Assembly (NCBI GenBank): GCA_964016885.1
Contig: CAXHJY010000168.1
Coordinates: forward strand, 1 to 64,000
DNA length: 64,000 nt
Reading direction: 5' to 3'
From: Eledone cirrhosa
Lineage: Eukaryota
The notes beneath the pieces are model-generated. The model saw only the letters and a list, made by a program, of their open reading frames with translations. It searched no databases and was not told the DNA's origin. The first letter of the stretch is position 1; every line of letters starts with the position of its first letter. Of the stretch, positions 22,266 through 37,399 are shown in pieces. Position numbers and translations under genes: made by a program.

Positions 22266-25200
22266 TCCATTTTATATTTGGGTGATCCATTTTTTATTTG
22301 GGTGATCCATTTTTTATTTGGGGGATCCATTTTTTATTTGGGTGATCCATTTTTTATTTGGGTGATCATTTTTTATTTGAGGGATACATTTTTTATTTGG
22401 GTGATCCATTTTTTATTTGGGTGATCCATTTTTTATTTGGGGGATCCATTATTTATTTGGGTTAATCGTTTTTTATTTTGGTGATCCATTTTGTATTTGG
22501 GTGATCCATATTTTATTTGGGTAATCCATTTTTTATTTTGGGGATCCATTTTTTATTTGGGTGATCCATTTTTTATTTGGGGGATCCATTTTTTATTTGG
22601 GGGATCCATTTTTTATTTGGGTGATCCATTTTTTATTTTGGGGATCCATTTTTTATTTGGGTGATCCATTTTTTATTTGGGGGATCCATTTTTTATTTGG
22701 GTGATCCATTTTTTATTTGGGGATCCATTTTTTATTTGAGGGATCCATTTTTTATTTGGGTGATCCATTTTTTATTTGAGTGATCCATTTTTTATTTGGG
22801 GGATCCATTTTTTATTTGGGTGATCCATTTTTTATTTGGGTGATCCATTTTTTATGTGGGGGATCCATTTTTTATTTGGGTGATCCATTTTTTATTTGGG
22901 GGATCCATTTTTTATTTGGGGGATCCATTTTTTATTTGGGTGATCCATTTTTTATTTGGGGAATCCATTTTTTATTTTGGGGATCCATTTTTTATTTGGG
23001 TGATCCATTTTTATTTGGGGGATCCATTTTTTATTTGAGTGATCCATTCTTTATTGGGGGGATCCATTTTTTATTTGGGTGATCCATTTTTTATTTGGGT
23101 GATCCATTTTTTATTTGGGGGATCCATTTTTTATTTGGGTGATCCATTTTTTATTTGGGGTTCCATTTTTTATTTGGGGGAATCCATTTTTTATTTGGGT
23201 GATCCATTTTTTATTTGGGCGATCCATTTTTTATTTGAGGGATCCATTTTTTATTTGGGTGATCCATTTTTTATTTGGGGGATCCATTATTTATTTGAGT
23301 GATCCATTCTTTATTGGGGGGATCCATTTTTTATTTGGGTGATCCATTTTTTATTTGGGGGATCCATTTTTTATTTGGGTGATCCATTTTTTATTTGGGG
23401 TTCCATTTTTTATTTGGGGGAATCCATTTTTTATTTGGGTGATCCATTTTTTATTTGGGCGATCCATTTTTTATTTGAGGGATCCATTTTTTATTTGGGT
23501 GATCCATTTTTTATTTGGGGGATCCATTATTTATTTGGGTGATTCGTTTTTTATTTTGGTGATCCATTTTTTATTTGGGTGATCCATATTTTATTTGGGT
23601 GATCCATTTATTATTTTGGGGATCCATTTTTTATTTGGGTGATCCATTTTTTATTTGGGGGATACATTTTTTATTTGGGGGATCCATTTTTTATTTGGGT
23701 GATCCATTTTTTATTTGGGGATCCATTTTTTATTTGGGTGATCCATTTTTAATTTGGGGGATCCATTTTTTATTTGAGGGATCCATTTTTTATTTGGGTG
23801 ATCCATTTTTTATTTGAGTGATCCATTTTTTATTGGGGGGATCCATTTTTTATTTGGGTGATCCATTTTTTATTTGGGTGATCCATTTTTTATTTGAGTG
23901 ATCCATTTTTTATTGGGGGCATCCATTTTTTATTTGGGTGATCCATTTTTTATTTGGGTGATCCAATTTTTTATTTGGGGGATCCATTTTTTATTTGGGG
24001 GATCCATTTTTTATTTGGGGGATCCATTTTTTATTTGGGTGATCCATTTTTTATTTGGGGGCTCCATTTTATATTTGGGTGATCCATTTTTTATTTGGGT
24101 GATCCATTTTTTATTTGGGGGATCCATTTTTTATTTGGGTGATCCATTTTTTATTTGGGTGATCATTTTTTATTTGAGGGATACATTTTTTATTTGGGTG
24201 ATCCATTTTTTATTTGGGTGATCCATTTTTTATTTGGGGGATCCATTATTTATTTGGGTTATTCGTTTTTTATTTTGGTGATCCATTTTGTATTTGGGTG
24301 ATCCATATTTTATTTGGGTAATCCATTTTTTATTTTGGGGATCCATTTTTTATTTGGGTGATCCATTTTTTATTTGGGGGATCCATTTTTTATTTGGGGG
24401 ATCCATTTTTTATTTGGGTGATCCATTTTTTATTTTGGGGATCCATTTTTTATTTGGGTGATCCATTTTTTATTTGGGGGATCCATTTTTTATTTGGGTG
24501 ATCCATTTTTTATTTGGGGATCCATTTTTTATTTGAGGGATCCATTTTTTATTTGGGTGATCCATTTTTTATTTGAGTGATCCATTTTTTATTTGGGGGA
24601 TCCATTTTTTATTTGGGTGATCCATTTTTTATTTGGGTGATCCATTTTTTATGTGGGGGATCCATTTTTTATTTGGGTGATCCATTTTTTATTTGGGGGA
24701 TCCATTTTTTATTTGGGGGATCCATTTTTTATTTGGGTGATCCATTTTTTATTTGGGTGATCCATTTTTTATTTGGGTGATCCATTTTTTATTTGGGGGA
24801 TCCATTTTTTATTTGGGTGATCCATTTTTTATTTGATTGATACATTTTTTATTTGAGGGATCCATTTTTTCTTTGGGTGATCCATTTTTTATTTGGGTGA
24901 TCCATTTTTTATTTGGGGGATCCATTTTTTATTTGGGTGATCCATTTTTTATTTGGGTGATCCATTTTTTATTTGGGGGATCCACTTTTTATTTGGGTGA
25001 TCCATTTTTTATTTGGGGGATCCATTTTTTATTTGGGGGATCCATTTTTTATTTGGGTGATCCATTTTTTATTTGGGGAATCCATTTTTTATTTTGGGGA
25101 TCCATTTTTTATTTGGGTGATCCATTTTTATTTGGGGGATCCATTTTTTATTTGGGGGATCCATTTTTTATTTGGGTGATCCATTTTTTATTTGGGGGAT

Positions 25201-25899
25201 GCATTTTTTATTTGGGGGATCCACTTTTTATTTGGGTGATCCATTTTTTATTTGGGGGATCCATTTTTTATTTGGGTGATCCATTTTTTATTTGGGGGAT
25301 CCATTTTTTATTTGAGGGATCCATTTTTTATTTGAGTGATCCATTTTTTATTTCAGTGATCCATTTTTTATTTGGGGGATCCATTTTTTATTTGGGGGAT
25401 CCATTTTTTATTTGGGTGATCCATTTTTTATTTGGGGGATCCATTTTTTATTTGGGTGATCCATTTTTTATTTGGGGGATCCATTTTTTATTTGGGTGAT
25501 ACATTTTTTATTTGGGGGATCCATTTTTTATTTGAGGGATCCATTTTTTATTTGGGTGATCCATTTTTTATTTGAGTGATCCATTTTTAATTGGGGGGAT
25601 CCATTTTTTATTTGGGTGATCCATTTTTTATTTGGGTGATCCATTTTTTATTTGGGGGATCCATTTTTTATTTGGGTGATCCATTTTTTATTTGGGTGAT
25701 CCATTTTTTATTTGGGGAATCCATTTTTTATTTTGGGGATCCATTTTTTATTTGGGTGATCCATTTTTTATTTGGGGGATCCATTTTTTATTTGGGGGAT
25801 CCATTTTTTATTTGGGTGATCTATTTTTTATTTGGGGGATCCATTTTTTATTTGGGTGATCCATTTTTTATTTGGGTGATCCATTTTTTATTTGGGTGA

Positions 25900-28800
25900 T
25901 CCATTTTTTATTTGGGGGATCCATTTTTTATTTGGGTGATCCATTTTTTATTTGATTGATACATTTTTTATTTGAGGGATCCATTTTTTCTTTGGGTGAT
26001 CCATTTTTTATTTGGGTGATCCATTTTTTATTTGGGGGATCCATTTTTTATTTGGGTGATCCATTTTTTATTTGGGTGATCCATTTTTTATTTGGGGGAT
26101 CCACTTTTTATTTGGGTGATCCATTTTTTATTTGGGGGATCCATTTTTTATTTGGGGGATCCATTTTTTATTTGGGTGATCCATTTTTTATTTGGGGAAT
26201 CCATTTTTTATTTTGGGGATCCATTTTTTATTTGGGTGATCCATTTTTATTTGGGGGATCCATTTTTTATTTGGGGGATCCATTTTTTATTTGGGTGATC
26301 CATTTTTTATTTGGGGGATGCATTTTTTATTTGGGGGATCCACTTTTTATTTGGGTGATCCATTTTTTATTTGGGGGATCCATTTTTTATTTGGGTGATC
26401 CATTTTTTATTTGGGGGATCCATTTTTTATTTGAGGGATCCATTTTTTATTTGAGTGATCCATTTTTTATTTCAGTGATCCATTTTTTATTTGGGGGATC
26501 CATTTTTTATTTGGGGGATCCATTTTTTATTTGGGTGATCCATTTTTTATTTGGGGGATCCATTTTTTATTTGGGTGATCCATTTTTTATTTGGGGGATC
26601 CATTTTTTATTTGGGTGATACATTTTTTATTTGGGGGATCCATTTTTTATTTGAGGGATCCATTTTTTATTTGGGTGATCCATTTTTTATTTGAGTGATC
26701 CATTTTTAATTGGGGGGATCCATTTTTTATTTGGGTGATCCATTTTTTATTTGGGTGATCCATTTTTTATTTGGGGGATCCATTTTTTATTTGGGTGATC
26801 CATTTTTTATTTGGGTGATCCATTTTTTATTTGGGGAATCCATTTTTTATTTTGGGGATCCATTTTTTATTTGGGTGATCCATTTTTTATTTGGGGGATC
26901 CATTTTTTATTTGGGTGATCCATTTTTTATTTGGGTGATCCATTTTTTATTTGAGGGATCCATTTTTTATTTGGGTGATCCATTTTTTATTTGGGGGATC
27001 CATTATTTATTTGGGTGATTCGTTTTTTATTTTGGTGATCCATTTTTTATTTGGGTGATCCATATTTTATTTGGGTGATCCATTTTTTATTTCGGGGATC
27101 CATTTTTTATTTGGGTGATCCATTTTTTATTTGGGGGATCCATTTTTCATTTGAGGGATCCATTTTTTATTTGGGTGATCCATTTTTTATTTGAGTGATC
27201 CATTTTTTATTGGGGGGATCCATTTTTTATTTGGGTGATCCATTTTTCATTTGGGGGATCCATTTTTTATTTGGGGGATCCATTTTTTATTTGGGTGATC
27301 CATTTTTTATTTGGGGGATCCATTTTTTATTTGGGGGATCCATTTTTTATTTGGGTGATCCATTTTTTATTTGGGTGATCCATTTTTTATTTGGGGAATC
27401 CATTTTTTATTTTGGGGATCCATTTTTTATTTGGGTGATCCATTTTTTATTTGGGGGATCCATTTTTTATTTGGGGGATCCATTTTTTATTTGGGTGATC
27501 CATTTTTTATTTGGGGGATCCATTTTTTATTTGGGTGATCCATTTTTTATTTGGGTGATCCATTTTTTATTTGAGGGATCCATTTTTTATTTGGGTGATC
27601 CATTTTTTATTTGGGGGATCCATTATTTATTTGGGTGATTCGTTTTTTATTTTGGTGATCCATTTTTTATTTGGGTGATTCATATTTTATTTGGGTGATC
27701 CATTTTTTATTTTGGGGATCCATTTTTTATTTGGGTGATCCATTTTTTATTTGGGGGATACATTTTTTATTTGGGGGATCCATTTTTTATTTGGGGGATC
27801 CATTTTTTATTTGAGGGATCCATTTTTTATTTGGGTGATCCATTTTTTATTTGAGTGATCCATTCTTTATTGGGGGGATCCATTTTTTATTTGGGTGATC
27901 CATTTTTTATTTGGGTGATCCATTTTTTATTTGGGGGATCCATTTTTTATTTGGGTGATCCATTTTTTATTTGGGGTTCCATTTTTTATTTGGGGGAATC
28001 CATTTTTTATTTGGGTGATCCATTTTTTATTTGGGCGATCCATTTTTTATTTGAGGGATCCATTTTTTATTTGGGTGATCCATTTTTTATTTGGGGGATC
28101 CATTATTTATTTGGGTGATTCGTTTTTTATTTTGGTGATCCATTTTTTATTTGGGTGATCCATATTTTATTTGGGTGATCCATTTATTATTTTGGGGATC
28201 CATTTTTTATTTGGGTGATCCATTTTTTATTTGGGGGATACATTTTTTATTTGGGGGATCCATTTTTTATTTGGGTGATCCATTTTTTATTTGGGGATCC
28301 ATTTTTTATTTGGGTGATCCATTTTTAATTTGGGGGATCCATTTTTTATTTGAGGGATCCATTTTTTATTTGGGTGATCCATTTTTTATTTGAGTGATCC
28401 ATTTTTTATTGGGGGGATCCATTTTTTATTTGGGTGATCCATTTTTTATTTGGGTGATCCATTTTTTATTTGAGTGATCCATTTTTTATTGGGGGCATCC
28501 ATTTTTTATTTGGGTGATCCATTTTTTATTTGGGTGATCCAATTTTTTATTTGGGGGATCCATTTTTTATTTGGGGGATCCATTTTTTATTTGGGGGATC
28601 CATTTTTTATTTGGGTGATCCATTTTTTATTTGGGGGCTCCATTTTTTATTTGGGTGATCCATTTTTTATTTGGGTGATCCATTTTTTATTTGGGGGATC
28701 CATTTTTTATTTGGGTGATCCATTTTTTATTTGATTGATCCATTTTTTATTTGAGGGATCGATTTTTTCTTTGGGTGATCCATTTTTTATTTGGGTGATC

Positions 28801-31800
28801 CATTTTTTATTTGGGGGATCCATTTTTTATTTGGGTGATCCATTTTTTTATTTGGGTGATCCATTTTTTATTTGGGGGATCCATTTTTTATATGGGTGAT
28901 CCATTTTTTATTTGGGGGATCCATTTTATATTTGGGGATCCATTTTTTATTTGGGTGATCCATTTTTTATTTGGGGGATCCATTTTTTATTTGGGGGATC
29001 CATTTTTTATTTGGGTGATCCATTTTTTATTTGGGTGATCCATTTTTTATTTGGGGGATCCATTTTTTATTTGGGTGATCCATTTTTTATTTGATTGATC
29101 CATTAATTATTTGAGGGATCCATTTTTTCTTTGGGTGATCCATCTTTTCTTTGGGTGATCCATTTTTTATTTGGGGGATCCATTTTTTATTTGGGTGATC
29201 CATTTTTTATTTGGGTGATCCATTTTTTATTTGGGGGATCCACTTTTTATTTGGGGTATCCATTTTTTATTTGGGGGATCCATATTTTATTTGGGGGATC
29301 CATTTTTTATTTGGGTGATCCATTTTTTATTTGGGTGATCCATTTTTTATTTGGGTGATCCATTTTTTATTTGGGTGATCCATTTTTTATTTGGGTGATC
29401 CATTTTTTATTTGGGTGATCCATTTTTTATTTGGGTGATCCATTTTTTATTTGGGTGATCCATTTTTTATTTTGGGGATCCATTTCTTATTTGGGTGATC
29501 CATTTTTTATTTGGGGGATCCATTTTTTATTTGGGGGATCCATTTTTTATTTGGGTGATCCATTTTTTATTTGGGGGATCCATTTTTTATTTGGGTGATC
29601 CATTTTTTATTTGGGTGATCCATTTTTTAGTTGGGTGATCCATTTTTTATTTGGGGGATCCATTTTTTATTTGGGTGATCCATTTTTTATTTGGGTGATC
29701 CAATTTTTATTTGGGGAATCCATTTTTTATTTGGGTGATCCATTTTTTATTTGGGGGATCCATTTTTTATTTGGGTGGTCCATTTTTTATTTGGGTGATC
29801 CATTATTTTATTGGGGGGATCCAATTTTTATTTGGGTGATCCATTTTTTATTTGGGTGATACATTTTTTATTTGGGGGATCCATTTTTTATTTGGGTGAT
29901 CCATTTTTTATTTGTGTGATCCATTTTTTATTTGGGTGATCCATTTTTTATTTGGGTGATCCATTTTTTATTTGGGGGATCCATTTTTTATTTGGGTGAT
30001 CCATTTTTTATTTGGGGGATCCATTTTTTATTTGGGTGATCCATTTTTTATATGAGGGATCCATTTTTTATTTGGGTGATCCATTTTTTATTTGGGTGAA
30101 CCATTTTTTATTTGGGTGATCCATTTTTTATTTGAGAGATTCATTTTTTATTTGGGTGATCCATTTTTTATTTGGGTGATCCATTTTTGATTTGGGGGAT
30201 CCATTTTTTATTTGGGTGATCCCTTTTTTATTTGGGTGATCTATTTTTTATTTGGGGTTTCCTTTTTTATTTGGGTGATCCATTTTTTATTTGGGGTATC
30301 CATTTTTTATTTGGGGGATCCATTTTTTATTTGGGTGATCCATTTTTTATTTGGGGGATCCATTTTTTATTTGGGGGATCCATTTTTTATTTGGGTGATC
30401 CATTTTTCATTTGTGGGATCCATTTTTTATTTGGGTGATCCATTTTTTACTTGGGTGATCCATTTTTTATTTGAGGGATGCATTTTTTATTTGGGTGATC
30501 CATTTTTTATTTGGGTGATCCATTTTTTATTTGGGGGGATCCATTTTTTATTAGGGTGATCCATATTTTATTTGGGTGATACATTTTTTATTTTGGGGAT
30601 CCATTTTTTATTTGGGTGATCCATTTTTATTTGGGGGATCCATTTTTTATTTGGGGGATCCATTTTTCATTTGGGTGATCCATATTTTATTTGGGGGATC
30701 CATTTTTTATTTGGGTGATCCATTTTATATTTGGGTGATCCATTTTTTATTTGAGGGATCCATTTTTTATTTGGGTGATCCATTTTTTATTTGGGTGATC
30801 CATTTTTTATTTGGGGGATCCATTTTTTATTTGGGTGATCCATTTTTTATTTGGGTGATCCATTTTTTTATTTGGGGGATCCATTTTTTATTTGGGTGAT
30901 CCATTTTTTATTTGGGGGATCCATTTCTTATTTGGGTGATCCATTTTTTATTTGGGTGATCCATTTTTTATTTGGGGGATCCAGTTTTTATTTGGGGGAT
31001 CCATTTTTTATTTGGGTGATCCATTTTTTATTTGGGGGATCCATTTTTGATTTGGGTGATCCATTTTTTATTTGGGTGATCCATTTTTTATTTGGGTGAT
31101 CCATTTTTTATTTGGATGATCCATTTTTTACTTGGGTGATACATTTTTTATTTGGGGGATCCATTTTTTATTTGGGTCATCCATTTTTTATTTGGGGGAT
31201 CCATTTTTTATTTGGGTGATCCATTTTTTATTTGGGTGATCCATTTTTTATTTGGGGGATCCATTTTTTATTTGGGTGATCCATTTTTTATTTGGGTGAT
31301 CCATTTTTTATTTGGGTGATCCATTTTTTATTTGGGTGATCCATTTTTTATTTGGATGATCCATTTTTTATTTGGGTGATCCATTTTTTATTTGGAGGAT
31401 CCATTTTTTATTTGGGTGATCCATTTTTTATTTGGGGGATCCATTTTTTATTTGGTGGATCCATTTTTTATTTGGGTGATCCATTTTTTATTTGGGGGAT
31501 CCATTTTTTATTTGGGTGATCCATTTTTTATTTGGGGGATCCATTTTTTATTTGGGTGATCCCTTTTTTATTTGGGTGATCTATTTTTTATTTGGGGTTT
31601 CCTTTTTTATTTGGGTGATCCATTTTTTATTTGGGGTATCCATTTTTTATTTGGGGGATCCATTTTTTATTTGGGTGATCCATTTTTTATTTGGGGGATC
31701 CATTTTTTATTTGGGGGATCCATTTTTTATTTGGGTGATCCATTTTTCATTTGTGGGATCCATTTTTTATTTGAGGGATCCATTTTTTATTTGGGTGATC

Positions 31801-34800
31801 CATTTTTTATTTGGGTGATCCATTTTTTATTTGGGGGATCCATTTTTTATTTGGGTGATCCATTTTTTATTTGGGTGATCCATTTTTTTATTTGGGGGAT
31901 CCATTTTTTATTTGGGTGATCCATTTTTTATTTGGGGGATCCATTTTTTATTTGGGTGATCCATTTTTTATTTTGGGGATCCATTTTTTATTTGGGTGAT
32001 CCATTTTTATTTGGGGGATCCATTTTTTATTTGGGGGATCCATTTTTCATTTGGGTGATCCATATTTTATTTGGGGGATCCATTTTTTATTTGGGTGATC
32101 CATTTTATATTTGGGTGATCCATTTTTTATTTGAGGGATCCATTTTTTATTTGGGTGATCCATTTTTTATTTGGGTGATCCATTTTTTATTTGGGGGATC
32201 CATTTTTTATTTGGGTGATCCATTTTTTATTTGGGTGATCCATTTTTTTATTTGGGGGATCCATTTTTTATTTGGGTGATCCATTTTTTATTTGGGGGAT
32301 CCATTTCTTATTTGGGTGATCCATTTTTTATTTGGGTGATCCATTTTTTATTTGGGGGATCCAGTTTTTATTTGGGGGATCCATTTTTTATTTGGGTGAT
32401 CCATTTTTTATTTGGGGGATCCATTTTTTATTTGGGTGATCCATTTTTTATTTGGGTGATCCATTTTTTTATTTGGGGGATCCATTTTTTATTTGGGTGA
32501 TCCATTTTTTATTTGGGGGATCCATTTCTTATTTGGGTGATCCATTTTTTATTTGGGTGATCCATTTTTTATTTGGGGGATCCAGTTTTTATTTGGGGGA
32601 TCCATTTTTTATTTGGGTGATCCATTTTTTATTTGGGGGATCCATTTTTGATTTGGGTGATCCATTTTTTATTTGGGTGATCCATTTTTTATTTGGGTGA
32701 TCCATTTTTTATTTGGATGATCCATTTTTTACTTGGGTGATACATTTTTTATTTGGGGGATCCATTTTTTATTTGGGTCATCCATTTTTTATTTGGGGGA
32801 TCCATTTTTTATTTGGGTGATCCATTTTTTATTTGGGTGATCCATTTTTTATTTGGGGGATCCATTTTTTATTTGGGTGATCCATTTTTTATTTGGGTGA
32901 TCCATTTTTTATTTGGGTGATCCATTTTTTATTTGGGTGATCCATTTTTTATTTGGATGATCCATTTTTTATTTGGGTGATCCATTTTTTATTTGGAGGA
33001 TCCATTTTTTATTTGGGTGATCCATTTTTTATTTGGGGGATCCATTTTTTATTTGGTGGATCCATTTTTTATTTGGGTGATCCATTTTTTATTTGGGGGA
33101 TCCATTTTTTATTTGGGTGATCCATTTTTTATTTGGGGGATCGATTTTTTATTTGGGTGATCCCTTTTTTATTTGGGTGATCTATTTTTTATTTGGGGTT
33201 TCCTTTTTTATTTGGGTGATCCATTTTTTATTTGGGGTATCCATTTTTTATTTGGGGGATCCATTTTTTATTTGGGTGATCCATTTTTTATTTGGGGGAT
33301 CCATTTTTTATTTGGGGGATCCATTTTTTATTTGGGTGATCCATTTTTCATTTGTGGGATCCATTTTTTATTTGAGGGATCCATTTTTTATTTGGGTGAT
33401 CCATTTTTTATTTGGGTGATCCATTTTTTATTTGGGGGATCCATTTTTTATTTGGGTGATCCATTTTTTATTTGGGTGATCCATTTTTTTATTTGGGGGA
33501 TCCATTTTTTATTTGGGTGATCCATTTTTTATTTGGGGGATCCATTTTTTATTTGGGTGATCCATTTTTTATTTTGGGGATCCATTTTTTATTTGGGTGA
33601 TCCATTTTTATTTGGGGGATCCATTTTTTATTTGGGGGATCCATTTTTCATTTGGGTGATCCATATTTTATTTGGGGGATCCATTTTTTATTTGGGTGAT
33701 CCATTTTATATTTGGGTGATCCATTTTTTATTTGAGGGATCCATTTTTTATTTGGGTGATCCATTTTTTATTTGGGTGATCCATTTTTTATTTGGGGGAT
33801 CCATTTTTTATTTGGGTGATCCATTTTTTATTTGGGTGATCCATTTTTTTATTTGGGGGATCCATTTTTTATTTGGGTGATCCATTTTTTATTTGGGGGA
33901 TCCATTTCTTATTTGGGTGATCCATTTTTTATTTGGGTGATCCATTTTTTATTTGGGGGATCCAGTTTTTATTTGGGGGATCCATTTTTTATTTGGGTGA
34001 TCCATTTTTTATTTGGGGGATCCATTTTTGATTTGGGTGATCCATTTTTTATTTGGGTGATCCATTTTTTATTTGGGTGATCCATTTTTTATTTGGATGA
34101 TCCATTTTTTACTTGGGTGATACATTTTTTATTTGGGGGATCCATTTTTTATTTGGGTCATCCATTTTTTATTTGGGGGATCCATTTTTTATTTGGGTGA
34201 TCCATTTTTTATTTGGGTGATCCATTTTTTATTTGGGGGATCCATTTTTTATTTGGGTGATCCATTTTTTATTTGGGTGATCCATTTTTTATTTGGGTGA
34301 TCCATTTTTTATTTGGGTGATCCATTTTTTATTTGGATGATCCATTTTTTATTTGGGTGATCCATTTTTTATTTGGAGGATCCATTTTTTATTTGGGTGA
34401 TCCATTTTTTATTTGGGGGATCCATTTTTTATTTGGTGGATCCATTTTTTATTTGGGTGATCCATTTTTTATTTGGGGGATCCATTTTTTATTTGGGTGA
34501 TCCATTTTTTATTTGGGTGATCCATTTTTTATTTGGGGGATCCATTTTTTAATTGGGTGATCCATTTTTTATTTGGGTGATCCATATTTTATTTGGGTGA
34601 TCCATTTTTTATTTTGGGGATCCATTTTTTATTTGGGTGATCCATTTTTTATTTGGGGGATCCATTTTTTATTTGGGGGATCCATTTTTTATTTGAGTGA
34701 TCCATTTTTTATTTGGGGGATCCATTTTTTATTTGGGGGATCCATTTTTTATTTGGGTGATCCATTTTTTATTTGGGTGATCCATTTTTTATTTGGGCGA

Positions 34801-36360
34801 TGCATTTTTTATTTGGGGGATCCATTTTCTATTTGGGTGATCCAATTTTTATTTGGGTGATCCATTTTTTATTTGGGGGATCCATTTTTTATTGGGGGGA
34901 TCCATTTTTTATTTGGGGGGATCCATTTTTTATTTGGGGGATCCATTTTTTATTTAGGTGATCCATTTTTTATTTGGGCGATCCAGTTTTTATTTGGGGG
35001 ATCCAGTTTTTATTTGGGTGATCCATTTTTTATTCGGGTGATCCATTTTTTATTTGCGTGATCCATTTTTTATTAGGGTGATCCATTTTTTATTTGGGTG
35101 ATCCATTTTTTATTTGGGGGATCTGTAGTGACCTACATTCCGCGGGCTCACATACATTCTCTGTGCGTGATTTGGCTCAGTTCAGCCAATCAGCGCCAGT
35201 AGAAGAGGATGTATCCCTACGCGCCCTGAGGAAGAAATTCACCGCGAAGATTTGAAGAATCTCGGTCTTGTACCGGAAACTTCAAGCCAGCAACACGCAT
35301 AATGTAACAGTGAGATATTGCACCCCTAGCCTCGCCGGCTTAACGGCGCAATAGCACATTCCCTAATGTAACCTCTTTTTATCTGTAACTTCAACCATAT
35401 AAATAAACAAACATTTCATCTCTAATTACTGCAGTTGAAGTCGTTGTTATGTTACTCCTGTCTCAATGACATCTTTAATCCATGCTGCTGGAATTGGCGA
35501 CCTGACGAAAGGAATATTGTAAATAGATGGTAAATAGATCATGGGACCTTCCCTCACGTCTATGCCGACAAGATAATCCAACGAGGATACTATCACTTAC
35601 CACACTGGCAACTAAAGACCACTGATTCTACCACCCTGCTAAAGTGGCAATAACATCTACAACTAATACTGCTAAAGATCCATTTTTTATTTGGGGGATC
35701 CATTTTTTATTTGAGAGATTCATTTTTTATTTGGGTGATCCATTTTTTATTTGGGTGATCCATTTTTGATTTGGGGGATCCATTTTTTATTTGGGTGATC
35801 CCTTTTTTATTTGGGTGATCTATTTTTTATTTGGGGGATCCTTTTTTATTTGGGTGATCCATTTTTTATTTGGGGTATCCATTTTTTATTTGGGGGATCC
35901 ATTTTTTATTTGGGTGATCCATTTTTTATTTGGGGGATCCATTTTTTATTTGGGGGATCCATTTTTTATTTGGGTGATCCATTTTTCATTTGTGGGATCC
36001 ATTTTTTATTTGGGTGATCCATTTTTTACTTGGGTGATCCATTTTTTATTTGAGGGATGCATTTTTTATTTGGGTGATCCATTCTTTATTTGGGTGAACC
36101 ATTTTTTATTTGGGGGGATCCATTTTTTATTAGGGTGATCCATATTTTATTTGGGTGATACATTTTTTATTTTGGGGATCCATTTTTTATTTGGGTGATC
36201 CATTTTTATTTGGGGGATCCATTTTTTATTTGGGGGATCCATTTTTCATTTGGGTGATCCATATTTTATTTGGGGGATCCATTTTTTATTTGGGTGATCC
36301 ATTTTTTATTTGGGGGATCCATTTTTTATTTGAGGGATCCATTTTTTATTTGGGTGATCC
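25900..36360 (+). repeat. Near-identical duplicate of block ~1760-10680 including the insert, with extra internal duplications
   Basis: ORF offsets of 24083/24084 (3112 to 27195, through 8147 to 32231), then 25685 (8888 to 34573, 10470 to 36155; insert 9439 to 35124). Ends are approximate. Confidence 0.88.
35124..35676 (+). mobile_element. 553-bp LTR-like remnant, copy 2
   Basis: No difference from copy 1 found by eye. GATC at 35120-35123 and 35677-35680. Same flanking satellite variants as copy 1. Confidence 0.72.
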
Positions 36361-37399
36361 ATTTTTTATTTGAGTGATCCATTTTTTATTGGGGGGATCC
36401 ATTTTTTATTTGGGTGATCCATTTTTTATTTGGGGGATACATTTTTTATTTGGGGGATCCATTTTTTATTTGGGGGATCCATTTTTTATTTGAGGGATCC
36501 ATTTTTTATTTGGGTGATCCATTTTTTATTTGAGTGATCCATTCTTTATTGGGGGGATCCATTTTTTATTTGGGTGATCCATTTTTTATTTGGGTGATCC
36601 ATTTTTTATTTGGGGGATCCATTTTTTATTTGGGTGATCCATTTTTTATTTGGGGTTCCATTTTTTATTTGGGGGAATCCATTTTTTATTTGGGTGATCC
36701 ATTTTTTATTTGGGCGATCCATTTTTTATTTGAGGGATCCATTTTTTATTTGGGTGATCCATTTTTTATTTGGGGGATCCATTATTTATTTGGGTGATTC
36801 GTTTTTTATTTTGGTGATCCATTTTTTATTTGGGTGATCCATATTTTATTTGGGTGATCCATTTATTATTTTGGGGATCCATTTTTTATTTGGGTGATCC
36901 ATTTTTTATTTGGGGGATACATTTTTTATTTGGGGGATCCATTTTTTATTTGGGTGATCCATTTTTTATTTGGGGATCCATTTTTTATTTGGGTGATCCA
37001 TTTTTAATTTGGGGGATCCATTTTTTATTTGAGGGATCCATTTTTTATTTGGGTGATCCATTTTTTATTTGAGTGATCCATTTTTTATTGGGGGGATCCA
37101 TTTTTTATTTGGGTGATCCATTTTTTATTTGGGTGATCCATTTTTTATTTGAGTGATCCATTTTTTATTGGGGGCATCCATTTTTTATTTGGGTGATCCA
37201 TTTTTTATTTGGGTGATCCAATTTTTTATTTGGGGGATCCATTTTTTATTTGGGGGATCCATTTTTTATTTGGGGGATCCATTTTTTATTTGGGTGATCC
37301 ATTTTTTATTTGGGGGCTCCATTTTATATTTGGGTGATCCATTTTTTATTTGGGTGATCCATTTTTTATTTGGGGGATCCATTTTTTATTTGGGTGATC

